A DNA stretch of 64,000 nt, taken from NCBI GenBank assembly GCA_050251055.1, contig JBFWNL010000006.1, positions 128,001-192,000 of the forward strand, written 5' to 3'. Shown here piece after piece: positions 1 through 8,947 of the stretch. The translations under genes and the position numbers were made by a program. This DNA comes from Bacteriovoracia bacterium (GTDB taxonomy: Bacteria; Bdellovibrionota; UBA1018; JBFWNL01). Within the stretch, counting starts at the first letter, position 1, and the number at the start of each line of letters is the position of its first letter. The notes below the pieces were generated by a model. The model was given only the letters and a program-made list of their open reading frames with translations. It had not been told where the DNA came from and did no database searches.

Positions 1-230
1 TGCGCGACACTGAGATTCTTGATCGCCACGGCCGGAAGGTGCTGGCCGCTGGGAGCTTCACCGTCGTTGGGTTTTACGAGGCGGAGCTGGGGATCGGACT
101 TTTCTTTTTCCGGTTGGTAGCGTTTAAAGCTTCCCCCATTTTGATGGGGAGAGCCGGTGTCGGAGGAAATTTTGGACGACGCGACGGGCGCGATGAATTT
201 CGCGAGCGCGGAGCTGACTTTATTTAACAT
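1..230 (-). CDS. Hypothetical protein, N-terminal part (runs off the left edge)
   Basis: Manual translation from ATG at 230 gives MLNKVSSALAKFIAPVASSKISS..., open to the window edge; preceded by a sigma-28-like promoter. Confidence 0.6.
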   Translation of the reverse strand, partial: MLNKVSSALAKFIAPVASSKISSDTGSPHQNGGSFKRYQPEKEKSDPQLRLVKPNDGEAPSGQHLPAVAIKNLSVA

Positions 231-297
231 ACGGACTCAAACCTACCTGCCGAGGTAGTGCCGGGCACACGGCTAGGCGTGCACGGGCTCTAAAGTC

Positions 298-324
298 CTA
301 TCGGCATTTGGCGGTGGGACTTGA
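298..324 (-). promoter_or_regulatory. Sigma-28 (FliA)-type promoter
   Basis: Minus strand TCAA-N15-GCCGATAG versus consensus TAAA-N15-GCCGATAA, upstream of the ORF starting at 230. Confidence 0.6.
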
Positions 325-571
325 GGGGTTTTTGAGAAATTTTCGTCGAAAACCAGGTTCCTAATCTTGAATGGTGTCCGGGGGGAGATAGCCTGAAATC
401 AGGACGTTTTTTCGACTCAATGCGGCATGCGGGTGCGTAGTAAATTACCCATCATTTCCAGTAGTTGACTGATGATTTCGCCTATTTACAACTCAGTTGA
501 CGCTCATACGTGCTTGATGCTAGCGCTTGGGCCCTAGTGTCAAACCAGAATAAAAGGGAAATTCGATAGTT

Positions 572-1891
572 ATGTCAGCTAGCAACGTAGGGAATAACTC
601 TGGTATCGGGGACCGTGATCTATTTAACAAGTGCTTCACCTATTCAGAAGCCAAGGCTTTGAAGGCCACTGGCCTGTATCCGTTCTTTCGTCCGATCGAA
701 TCCACGACCGGCTCCAACGTCGTTTCGCATGGCAAGCGCCGGGTGATGATCGGTTCTAATAACTACCTGGGCCTGACCCACCACCCGAAGGTGATCGAAG
801 CGGCCCAGCGCGCGGTGGAAGTCTATGGCGCCGGTTGCACGGGTTCCCGCTTCCTGAACGGCAACCTGGACCTTCACGAAGAGCTCGAAGCCAAGCTCTC
901 CAAGTATCTGGGTTACGATTCCGCCCTCGTCTTCAGCACGGGCTTCTTGTCCAATCAGGGCACGCTTTCGGCGCTCGTCGGTCGGAAGGACGTGATCTAT
1001 AGCGACCGCGAAAACCACGCTTCCATCATCGAAGGTACGCGCGTGGCCATCGGCGATACGCTCAAGTTTCGTCACAATGACATGGAAGACCTCGAACGCG
1101 TGCTCTCCGAGTCGCGCGACAAGTACCAGGGCGCGCTCATCGTCGCCGATGGCGTCTTCTCGATGTCGGGCGATATCCTCATGCTTCCGCAAGTGTTGGC
1201 GCTCGCGAAGAAGTACGATTGTCGCGTTTACGTCGACGACGCCCACGCCTTGGGCGTATTGGGCCCGCAGGGCCAGGGCACCGGCCATCATTTCGGCGTG
1301 TCCGAACAGGTGGACGTGGTCATGGGCACGTTCTCGAAGTCCTTCGCTTCCATTGGCGGCTTCGTGGCCGGCAGCAAAGACGTCATCGATTACGTGAAGC
1401 ACAAGGCACGGCCGTTCATGTTCAGCGCCGCCATGCCGCCGGCCTCCGTCGGCGCCGTGCTCGAGTGCCTGCGCATCGTGCAGGAAGAGCCGGAGCATCT
1501 CGAGAATCTTTGGAAAAATGCCCGCCGGATGCAGAAAGAGCTCACCGGCATGGGTTACAACACGCTTAACAGCCAGACGCCCATTATCCCGCTGCTGATC
1601 GGCGACGATATCACCGCCTACTCCTTCGTGGCCAAGCTCTACGAGATGGGCGTGTTCGCCACCCCGGTCGCCCGTCCGGCCGTGCCGGAAGGCTGCGCGC
1701 TCATCCGCACTAGCTACATGGCTAGCCATACCGCGGAAGACCTTGATTACGTGCTCGAAGTGCTCGAGAAGCTCGGACGCGAGTTTGGCATCCTGGGCAA
1801 CGCGGGCCGGAGCGAAGAACTGGCCACCCTGGCCCAAACTCACTTCGGCGTTCGCGCCGGAGCCCAGGTTTCCGCGCATGTATCAGCTTAA
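572..1891 (+). CDS. spt: Serine palmitoyltransferase-like PLP enzyme (alpha-oxoamine synthase family)
   Basis: GSNNYLGL, GCTGSRFLNG, DRENHASI, DDAHALG and GTFSKS (PLP lysine) motifs; overlaps a CerS-like GNAT gene, which favours Spt over BioF/Kbl. Confidence 0.8.
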   Translation: MSASNVGNNSGIGDRDLFNKCFTYSEAKALKATGLYPFFRPIESTTGSNVVSHGKRRVMIGSNNYLGLTHHPKVIEAAQRAVEVYGAGCTGSRFLNGNLDLHEELEAKLSKYLGYDSALVFSTGFLSNQGTLSALVGRKDVIYSDRENHASIIEGTRVAIGDTLKFRHNDMEDLERVLSESRDKYQGALIVADGVFSMSGDILMLPQVLALAKKYDCRVYVDDAHALGVLGPQGQGTGHHFGVSEQVDVVMGTFSKSFASIGGFVAGSKDVIDYVKHKARPFMFSAAMPPASVGAVLECLRIVQEEPEHLENLWKNARRMQKELTGMGYNTLNSQTPIIPLLIGDDITAYSFVAKLYEMGVFATPVARPAVPEGCALIRTSYMASHTAEDLDYVLEVLEKLGREFGILGNAGRSEELATLAQTHFGVRAGAQVSAHVSA

Positions 1892-3017
1892 GCAGGTCAT
1901 CTCGAAGCAGGAGTGGAACGACTTCATTGATCTTCCCTGGAAGATCTACAAAGGCGACGCGAACTGGGTGCCGCCGCTCAAGATCGCGGTTCGTGACGTT
2001 CTGAACGTCAATAAAAACCCCTTCTTCAAGCATGCGACGATGTACCCGCTCGTGGCTTATCGCGGAAGCGAGGTGGTTGGGCGAATCGTGGGCGTGATTG
2101 ACGAGGCTCACAACAAGTTTCACGATGAGAAAACCGCCTTTTTCGGGTTTTTCGAAGCCATCGACGACCAGAAGCTCGCCGATCAGATGCTCCAAGCCGT
2201 GACGAAGTGGGCGGCGGAATGGGGCATGACCACGTTGCGCGGGCCGATGAACCCCAGCACGAACCACGAGTGCGGGCTGCTGGTCGAAGGGTTCGACGAC
2301 CCGCCGTCGGTGATGATGACCTACAATCCGCCTTATTACGGAAAGCTCTTTGAAGGCTTTGGTCTGGCGAAATCCAAGGATCTGTACGCCTACGCCATCG
2401 ATAGCCGCATCGTGAAGTTCTCCGAGCGTCTCGTGGCGCACGCCGAGCGCCTGAAGAGCAAGTCCAACGTCAAGTTCCGCACCGTGAACATGCGCGACTT
2501 CGAAAAGGAAGTGGACCGCATCATCGAGATCTACAACGACGCCTGGGAGAAGAACTGGGGCTTCGTGCCGATGAACGAAGAAGAGTTTCGTCACATGGCC
2601 AAGGAAATGAAGCCCATCGTGAATCCGGAGCTGTTCTTGTTCGCGGAAGTGGACGGGAAGCCCGTGGCTTTCGGCTTGGGTCTGCCGGACGTGAATCAGG
2701 CGATCAAGACCATCCCCGACGGGAAGCTGTTCCCGACCGGTATTTTCAAGCTCCTTTGGAATTTGAAGGGGCCGGGCCGCCGCAAAACGATGAGCCGCGC
2801 GCGCGTGCTGACCTTGGGCATCAAGAAGGAATACCAAAAATACGGATTGGGGCCATTGCTGTATTTAGAGTTCCTCAAGCGCTCTCCCGCCCAAGGCATG
2901 CCGATGGGCGAGGCGTCTTGGATCTTGGAAGACAACGTCCCCATGAATAAGGCGCTCGAAGCGATGGATGCGAAGAAGACGAAGACCTATCGCATCTACG
3001 ACAAGCCGCTGCACTAA
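1878..3017 (+). CDS. Bacterial ceramide synthase-like tandem GNAT N-acyltransferase
   Basis: Probable start MYQLKQ at 1878, overlapping the spt stop by 14 nt; FIDLPWKIY, WVPPL, FFGFFE, MMTYNPPYY, NWGFVP and SWILEDN motifs of the bCerS family. Confidence 0.75.
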   Translation: MYQLKQVISKQEWNDFIDLPWKIYKGDANWVPPLKIAVRDVLNVNKNPFFKHATMYPLVAYRGSEVVGRIVGVIDEAHNKFHDEKTAFFGFFEAIDDQKLADQMLQAVTKWAAEWGMTTLRGPMNPSTNHECGLLVEGFDDPPSVMMTYNPPYYGKLFEGFGLAKSKDLYAYAIDSRIVKFSERLVAHAERLKSKSNVKFRTVNMRDFEKEVDRIIEIYNDAWEKNWGFVPMNEEEFRHMAKEMKPIVNPELFLFAEVDGKPVAFGLGLPDVNQAIKTIPDGKLFPTGIFKLLWNLKGPGRRKTMSRARVLTLGIKKEYQKYGLGPLLYLEFLKRSPAQGMPMGEASWILEDNVPMNKALEAMDAKKTKTYRIYDKPLH

Positions 3018-3036
3018 TTTCAAGGAGTAATAAAAT

Positions 3037-3717
3037 ATGTTGAACCGCACGATTCGTTACATCACCCTTTCTTTGAGTGTCTTGACCCTGGCCGCGAACG
3101 CGTTCGCCGCCCCGTCGTGGACGGGCAACCGCATCTTGACCGCCGCGGAAACCGGGCTTTCCGCGGACCGTCAGCTCACCGTCACGCTCCGACAAAGCTC
3201 GGTGATTCCCGCGACGGTGAAGTCTTATAGGCACACCGTAACCGGCGAAGACGGCGGCGCCGAGTACGATGTTTGCGTGACCGAGGTCCGCGCTTTGCTT
3301 GGGCAGGCGCAGGCACGCCTTGCTGGCCCGCAGGGCGCCGTGAGCAAGAGCAATGATCTGTGGATCACGGCCCGCTTTGAAGCCGAGGCGAACAAGTACA
3401 CGCCGGATTGCCTGCTGGTTTCGTCGGGCGAGATGATTGGGTTCAAGGTCGAGTCCGCTTCTGGCCTCTTTCGTAACCTCGTCACGGCCCGTCGGATCAT
3501 GACGTTGAAGCTTTTTCCCGCTGCCGATCGCATGAATGCCTGGGCACGCCTGACCCGCAATGAAGCGGGCGAGTGGATGGTTTCCAACGTCGATCCGGCT
3601 ACTTTGGTGAAGGCTCACCGCGCCGTCTCGCAAGACGCGGATGGTAACGGCGTCGATTTCGAAATCGACGTTCGTGGCGCCGCTGGCGCAAAGAAGCGCA
3701 TTCGCGGCTCTTTCTGA
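3037..3717 (+). CDS. Secreted hypothetical protein
   Basis: AAGGAG RBS; signal peptide ending ANAFA. Confidence 0.7.
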   Translation: MLNRTIRYITLSLSVLTLAANAFAAPSWTGNRILTAAETGLSADRQLTVTLRQSSVIPATVKSYRHTVTGEDGGAEYDVCVTEVRALLGQAQARLAGPQGAVSKSNDLWITARFEAEANKYTPDCLLVSSGEMIGFKVESASGLFRNLVTARRIMTLKLFPAADRMNAWARLTRNEAGEWMVSNVDPATLVKAHRAVSQDADGNGVDFEIDVRGAAGAKKRIRGSF

Positions 3718-3804
3718 TTCCATCCCGTCCAGGGTCGTGGACGGAACGCGCGTACCGGTGTACGCTAAGCTCAGCGGTAAACCACGCATGGACGGGGGGC
3801 TTGC

Positions 3805-4443
3805 ATGAGAATTTTAGGCGTCGACCCAGGATCGCGTTTGACGGGCTATGGCTGCGTGGACTTGGTCGGGAACCAAGTCCAATACGTGGCGAGTGGCACC
3901 TTTAAGCTGCTGGCCCCCGGCAAGACCGCGCAGGACGACCAAGATCAAGAAACCATGCCCGCTCGCCTGCTGACGCTTCACGAGGCATTGGGCGGTGTGA
4001 TCCAGCGCCTGCGTCCCCAGGTCCTCGTGGTTGAGAAGGTCTTTTTCGCTAAAAATGCAATGTCTGCTTTGAAGCTCGGACAGGCACGCGGCGTGGTGCT
4101 ATTGAGCGCCGCGGCCCATTCCTTAAAACTAGCCGAATACAGCCCCACGGAAGTGAAGCAATCCATCGCCGGTAGCGGCCGCGCGGATAAGGTAGACGTG
4201 GCGCGCGCGCTGCAGCTGCTTTTCGGCCCGAAGGACTTCGAAAGCTGGGATGCCTCCGACGGATTGGCGTTGGCGGTCTGTCATGCGCACCGTTCGGTGC
4301 AGAATATTCTGGCGCGCTCGCTCGCGGGCGCCAGCTCCCTGCGCAGTGGGTCCAAGCGTCGTCCGACCATTGCCGAATCGCTCGGGTTTGGCGGCGCTTA
4401 CGGCGGTCGATTTGATTCGGAGCGTAAGGTGAAGCGCCGTTAA
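3805..4443 (+). CDS. ruvC: Holliday junction resolvase RuvC
   Basis: ILGVDPGS, VVEKVFFAKN, LGQARG and DASDGLALA motifs; precedes ruvAB. Confidence 0.95.
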   Translation: MRILGVDPGSRLTGYGCVDLVGNQVQYVASGTFKLLAPGKTAQDDQDQETMPARLLTLHEALGGVIQRLRPQVLVVEKVFFAKNAMSALKLGQARGVVLLSAAAHSLKLAEYSPTEVKQSIAGSGRADKVDVARALQLLFGPKDFESWDASDGLALAVCHAHRSVQNILARSLAGASSLRSGSKRRPTIAESLGFGGAYGGRFDSERKVKRR

Positions 4444-4500
4444 CTTACGCCCTGACTTCTAGTTGACTGGCACCGCAAACGTTGAGAGATTCCGTTCGTA

Positions 4501-5160
4501 ATGATCGGTTTCCTGCAGGGAAAAATCCTCGATAATCAAGTCAGCACGGAAGGAAAGCTGCTCGTCGGTGTCGGCCATGCCGACTCAGGCGTGGTGGGTT
4601 ATTCCGCGTTCGTTCCGCGTTCGGTGCATTATGAGGCATCCTTGCCGGGTTCGGCGATCCAGCTCTACGTGCATTCGCACGTGCGCGAGGACGCCTTTGA
4701 TCTCTACGGATTTTCCACCACGCTTGAGCGGGATCTCTTCCTCACGCTACTTTCCGTAAACGGCATTGGTCCCAAGGCCGCGCTCTCGGTGCTTTCGCAT
4801 GCGGAACCCGCGCAAGTGCTGCGCGCGGTTGTGGAAGCGGACAAAGATTTCCTGACTCGCATCCCGGGCGTGGGCAAGAAGACTGCTGAGCGCGTGGTGC
4901 TCGAGCTGAAGGACAAGGTCGAGAAAAAATTTGGATCCGCGCTAGGGGCGCCCATCCATGCGATCGACAGATTGCAAGCGAGTCGCACGGGCCAGGATTC
5001 TAGCCGCCATGTGTATATGGATGCGAAGGCCGCGCTCGTGTCGTTGGGCTTCCCGGAAACCAAGGTCGCCCTCGTGCTCGATAAGGCGATGGAAAACGTC
5101 GCCGCCTCGAGTGGGAAAACGGCCGAAGACCTCATCCGGATGGCATTGCAACAGTTATGA
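4501..5160 (+). CDS. ruvA: Holliday junction branch migration protein RuvA
   Basis: [21 protein letters not shown] and [17 protein letters not shown] motifs. Confidence 0.95.
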   Translation: MIGFLQGKILDNQVSTEGKLLVGVGHADSGVVGYSAFVPRSVHYEASLPGSAIQLYVHSHVREDAFDLYGFSTTLERDLFLTLLSVNGIGPKAALSVLSHAEPAQVLRAVVEADKDFLTRIPGVGKKTAERVVLELKDKVEKKFGSALGAPIHAIDRLQASRTGQDSSRHVYMDAKAALVSLGFPETKVALVLDKAMENVAASSGKTAEDLIRMALQQL

Positions 5161-6239
5161 CGGATATTATCGATCCTCTGAATAGGTTGGGTAACGAGCG
5201 GTTGGTCGATCCGAAGGCCAGCGTCGCCGGCGGCGAGAACGAGCACCAGGAGCTTTCGCTGCGCCCGAGTTTCCTACGTGAATATATCGGCCAAGAAAAA
5301 ATAAAAGAAAAGCTGGGCTTGTTCATAGAAGCCGCGCGCGCGCGTGAAGACGTGCTCGATCACGTCCTCTTGGCCGGCCCACCGGGCTTGGGCAAGACGA
5401 CGCTCGCGAACATCGTGGCCCGCGAGATGGGTAGCCAGATCCACATCGTCACCGGCCCGAACGTCGAAAAAAAAGGGGATTTAGCCGCGATTTTGTCCAA
5501 TCTGCAGCCGCGCGACGTTTTGTTCATTGACGAGATTCATCGCTTGCCCAAGATGATCGAAGAAGTGCTCTACGGCGCGATGGAAGACTTCAAGCTCGAC
5601 ATTATCATCGGTCAGGGTCCGTCGGCTCGCACCCTGCGCATTGATCTGCCGCGCTTCACGCTGGTGGGCGCGACGACGCGCACGGGATTGCTCTCCAGCC
5701 CGCTTCGTGACCGCTTCGGCGTGCAGCTGCGCCTGGATTTTTATCCCGCCCATGAGCTCGAGCAGATTGTTGCGCGTTCCGCGGGCTTGTTGAGCTTGGA
5801 GATTGAAGCGGACGGCTGCAATGAAATCGCCCGTCGTTCGCGCGGTACGCCTCGCATCGCTAATCGTTTGCTCAAGCGCGTGCGCGATTTCGCGCAGGTG
5901 CGCGCGGGTGCGCGTAAGCTCGATCGCAAAATCGCGCAGGACGCGTTGACGTTATTTGAAATTGACGATCGGGGCTTGGACCCGATGGATCGAAAAATCT
6001 TGCGCACGATCATCGAAAAGTTCGACGGTGGACCGGTGGGGATCGAAAGTCTCTCTGCCGCGCTCGGCGAAGAGCGCGACACTCTCGAAGACATCTACGA
6101 GCCTTTCCTCATTCAGGAAGGCCTCATTCAGCGCACCAGCCGCGGGCGTGTGGCTGCGAATGCGGCATACGAGCATTTGAAGATCGGGGTGCCGGCCCAA
6201 CGGGCTCCGACGCCGCAGAATCTCAGCCTCGATTTCTAA
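5157..6239 (+). CDS. ruvB: Holliday junction helicase RuvB
   Basis: GPPGLGKTT Walker [14 protein letters not shown] and [12 protein letters not shown] motifs. Confidence 0.97.
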   Translation: MTDIIDPLNRLGNERLVDPKASVAGGENEHQELSLRPSFLREYIGQEKIKEKLGLFIEAARAREDVLDHVLLAGPPGLGKTTLANIVAREMGSQIHIVTGPNVEKKGDLAAILSNLQPRDVLFIDEIHRLPKMIEEVLYGAMEDFKLDIIIGQGPSARTLRIDLPRFTLVGATTRTGLLSSPLRDRFGVQLRLDFYPAHELEQIVARSAGLLSLEIEADGCNEIARRSRGTPRIANRLLKRVRDFAQVRAGARKLDRKIAQDALTLFEIDDRGLDPMDRKILRTIIEKFDGGPVGIESLSAALGEERDTLEDIYEPFLIQEGLIQRTSRGRVAANAAYEHLKIGVPAQRAPTPQNLSLDF

Positions 6240-6240
6240 A

Positions 6241-6256
6241 TGTGACCGAAATCACA
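6241..6256. promoter_or_regulatory. CRP/FNR-family-like palindromic site
   Basis: TGTGA-CCGAAA-TCACA, an exact match to TGTGA-N6-TCACA, in the intergenic region upstream of lpxC. Confidence 0.5.
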
Positions 6257-6450
6257 CATGTATTCCGGATGTGGGTGTAACCAAAACAACACAGTTTTGA
6301 GTAATTAACTCGATGCATCAAATAATCCAGTGAGCGTTGTTCATTTGACTCGATTTCTATAATTTGTTAGTCGCTGAAATCACTGAATAAAATCCTTTTT
6401 TCGACGGGCCGCCAAAATCAGATCGGTTGAGTGATTAAGTAAACTGATTT

Positions 6451-6466
6451 AGGCATAGTGCTTGCT
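6451..6466 (+). promoter_or_regulatory. Sigma-54 (-24/-12) promoter of lpxC
   Basis: AGGCAT-AGTGC-TTGCT with correct GG-N10-GC spacing, 43 nt before the ATG. Confidence 0.6.
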
Positions 6467-6509
6467 CTAGATATCTTTACGGTCCATACAGGAAGGGATT
6501 CGAAACGCT

Positions 6510-7418
6510 ATGCATCAGAGAACGATTAAAAAGCCTGTCAGCCTCTCCGGTATTGGACTTCATTCCGGCAAAACCACGCAAGTCACGATTCAGCCCGCGA
6601 ACCCGAATATGGGCGTCGTCTTCGTCCGCTCCGACCTGCCGGGCGCGCCCTCTGTGCGCGCGCACTACGAAAACGTAAAGAGCACTCAATTGGCCACGAC
6701 GATTGGCCGTGACAGCGTCACCGTATCCACCGTCGAGCACGTGCTAGCGGCACTCGCGGGTCTGGGCGTGGATAACGCCGTCGTCGTCGTCGACGGCCCC
6801 GAAGTTCCGATCATGGATGGCAGCTCGCAAGCCTTCGTCGAAGCGATCCAGAGCGTGGGCCTGCAAACGCAGATTCAGCCCCGTAACGTGCTCAATATCT
6901 TGAAGCGCGTGGAAGTGAAGGCCGATGGAAAGTGGGCGGTGGTGGAGCCTTCCTCGGGTTTTGAGATCCATGCTTCGATCGAGTGGGATCACCCGATCAT
7001 CGGCTACCAAGAATTGAATTATCAAGACGGCCGCGGCGCTTTCGAAGAAATCGCCTCCGCCCGTACCTTCGGCATGCTTCGTGACGTCGAGGGTTTGAAG
7101 AAGATGGGTCTTGCCCGCGGCGGATCGCTCGAGAACGCCGTTGTGCTTGATGACACCCGCGTACTTAACCCCGACGGTCTGCGCACCCCGGATGAATTCG
7201 TTCGCCACAAGGTGCTCGACGCCATTGGCGATCTGAAGCTCGGCGGTTTCGCCATCCAAGGCAATTTCCGCTTCCACCGCTCCGGCCACGACCTGCACTA
7301 CAAGCTACTCGCGGCCATTTTCTCGAATCCGGCCCACTACGAGATCGTTAAGGCCACGGAAGAAAAAGAGAAAAAAGTGGTCAAAAAACCGCGCCTCGCG
7401 GTCGCCGCCGCCTACTAA
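6510..7418 (+). CDS. lpxC: UDP-3-O-acyl-N-acetylglucosamine deacetylase LpxC
   Basis: GIGLHSG, TVEHVLAAL, PIMDGSS, ARTFG, GGSLENA and HKVLDAIGD motifs. Confidence 0.96.
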   Translation: MHQRTIKKPVSLSGIGLHSGKTTQVTIQPANPNMGVVFVRSDLPGAPSVRAHYENVKSTQLATTIGRDSVTVSTVEHVLAALAGLGVDNAVVVVDGPEVPIMDGSSQAFVEAIQSVGLQTQIQPRNVLNILKRVEVKADGKWAVVEPSSGFEIHASIEWDHPIIGYQELNYQDGRGAFEEIASARTFGMLRDVEGLKKMGLARGGSLENAVVLDDTRVLNPDGLRTPDEFVRHKVLDAIGDLKLGGFAIQGNFRFHRSGHDLHYKLLAAIFSNPAHYEIVKATEEKEKKVVKKPRLAVAAAY

Positions 7419-7509
7419 TTGCGCCCGCCGCGTTAAGTTAGCGACTTCTCAGCTTGAAAGTCCGCGCGTTCTTGGGTACTCGTTAATCCGTTATCACGTC
7501 TTTTAGAGT

Positions 7510-7587
7510 CGGGACGTGGCGCAGCCTGGCTAGCGCACTTGCATGGGGTGCAAGGGGTCGTGGGTTCAAATCCCGCCGTCCCGACCA
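7510..7587 (+). tRNA. tRNA-Pro(GGG)
   Basis: CGGGACG/CGTCCCG acceptor stem, anticodon arm CTTGC-ATGGGGT-GCAAG, GGTTCAAATCC T arm, encoded CCA. Confidence 0.96.
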
Positions 7588-7705
7588 TTTCTTCCTTCCC
7601 TAACTTCAGACCCACCTGGGCTCAGACAGTCCTCGGCTTGCTTTGCAAGCCTGCGGAACTCGCCGGCGGGTCTGAAGTTAGGGAAGGAAGAAATGTTCGC
7701 GACGG
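7576..7705. repeat. Long inverted repeat overlapping the tRNA-Pro 3' end
   Basis: 7586-7613 pairs perfectly with 7668-7695 (28 bp), extending to 38 bp with 2 mismatches into the tRNA acceptor strand. Confidence 0.9.
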
Positions 7706-7861
7706 TGGTGAGGTGAAGCCGAACGCGCGAACGGAGTGAGCACGTGGGTTCACGATTTGGCCAAGGAAGCGCAGCGACGGCCAAATCGCACGTTGCGAAG
7801 CAACGCCCCGAAGGGGCGAACCCCAGGATGGGGTGAGTGAAATCCCGCCGTCCCGACCATT
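7588..7861 (+). repeat. tRNA-linked structured repeat unit ending in a duplicated tRNA 3' end
   Basis: AAATCCCGCCGTCCCGACCATT occurs at 7568-7589 and 7840-7861; internal hairpins GATTTGGCC/GGCCAAATC, CGTTGC-GAA-GCAACG, CGCCCC-GAA-GGGGCG and CCCCA-GGA-TGGGG. Confidence 0.8.
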
Positions 7862-8803
7862 AAATTTTTTCAATCACTCCAGGCTGACCGAAAAACACAA
7901 ACAAACTAAGTAGTTAATATCAAAGAGCCTGATGTAACTTAGGGAGTTCGAGATTTTACAAAATTTCTCGAGTTTTCACCAGTATGCTCCATATTTGCTA
8001 CACGAATGCTACATGCATTGGTGAGATTGGGGAGTTGAGGAGCCACTCTTTGGGAGCTGAAATCTTCAGATTCTGACCGCTATTGATGCGGTTTCAAGAG
8101 TTAAGGCGCGAATTAAAAGATTGGTGTAGCGGTCGACATTGATGTCTATACTTTGGTGTCAATTCAGATAGAATATTTTTATGAAAAAATTTTTCATTTC
8201 TATTATTGCCGTTTGCTTGATGTGCGCATGCGGTCCTAAAAATTCCGGGCCTGAGCAACCGCCGACTAAATACATTGAATATGACTTGAGCGAAACGTTA
8301 CCTGCCGGCGTTTGGAAAGGGGAAGGATACTCTCACACGTCGATTGGCGAAAAAAATCACGTGGAAATTGAAATCCAAATCGATAGAAACAATATCATTA
8401 CTGACACGTATTCCGGAGTATTCCACGGGGTCGCGCACGAGAGTTTTGAGTACGTCTCGAAGGGACTTGCAAATGTAATACACAACGACGAAAAAATTGG
8501 TACGTGCCGGTGCGCTCTTTCTATGTGCGATTGTGATCTTGTCTCTGACGGGGTAACAATGAATCGCATCATCACCTTTTCTAAAATTGGTATCGATATT
8601 GTCGAAGCCGGTTCCTTAGGTGATTTGACCTTCGAACAAACATATAGACTTTACGTTAAGAAATAGGCACAAAACCCCTACTCCAGTTGGCAAATTTTGG
8701 TCGGAAACCCTGATTTTCACATGAACAGAAATAGCTCTGCTACATTCATGCTACAAAACCCGCGCAAGTGCCCAAAATGATTGAAGTGCCGTAGTACCGA
8801 CCA
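7862..8803. mobile_element. Putative non-autonomous integrative mini-cassette at the tRNA-Pro 3' end
   Basis: AT-richer segment bounded by CCGACCATT copies; TGCT(A/C)CA at 7985, 7996, 8007 and at 8738, 8749 (11-bp period); one cargo gene and no integrase. Confidence 0.6.
8181..8666 (+). CDS. Hypothetical lipoprotein (cassette cargo)
   Basis: MKKFFISIIAVCLMCAC lipobox-like signal; AT-rich codon usage. Confidence 0.75.
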   Translation: MKKFFISIIAVCLMCACGPKNSGPEQPPTKYIEYDLSETLPAGVWKGEGYSHTSIGEKNHVEIEIQIDRNNIITDTYSGVFHGVAHESFEYVSKGLANVIHNDEKIGTCRCALSMCDCDLVSDGVTMNRIITFSKIGIDIVEAGSLGDLTFEQTYRLYVKK

Positions 8804-8888
8804 TTTCTTCCTTCCCTATCTTCATACCCACCAGGGCTCAGACAGTCCTCGGCTTGCTTTGCAAGCCTGCGGAACTCGCCGGCGGGTC
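8797..8888 (+). repeat. Second, truncated copy of the tRNA-Pro downstream repeat
   Basis: 92-nt direct repeat of 7581-7672 with 3 mismatches. Confidence 0.92.
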
Positions 8889-8947
8889 CCTCACTCAGGC
8901 AATATCTCTCGAGTACATCGAGTGGCTGACTGGAAATTCAGAACTAC

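Noticed and set aside
644-2837. 411-aa and 371-aa minus-strand ORFs
   Set aside because: Antisense shadows of spt and cerS
7433-7873. Short ORFs across tRNA-Pro and its repeat
   Set aside because: They overlap the tRNA and palindromic non-coding repeat and have no RBS
7581-8888. Possible CRISPR array
   Set aside because: Only 2-3 irregularly spaced copies derived from the tRNA end, no uniform spacers and no cas genes
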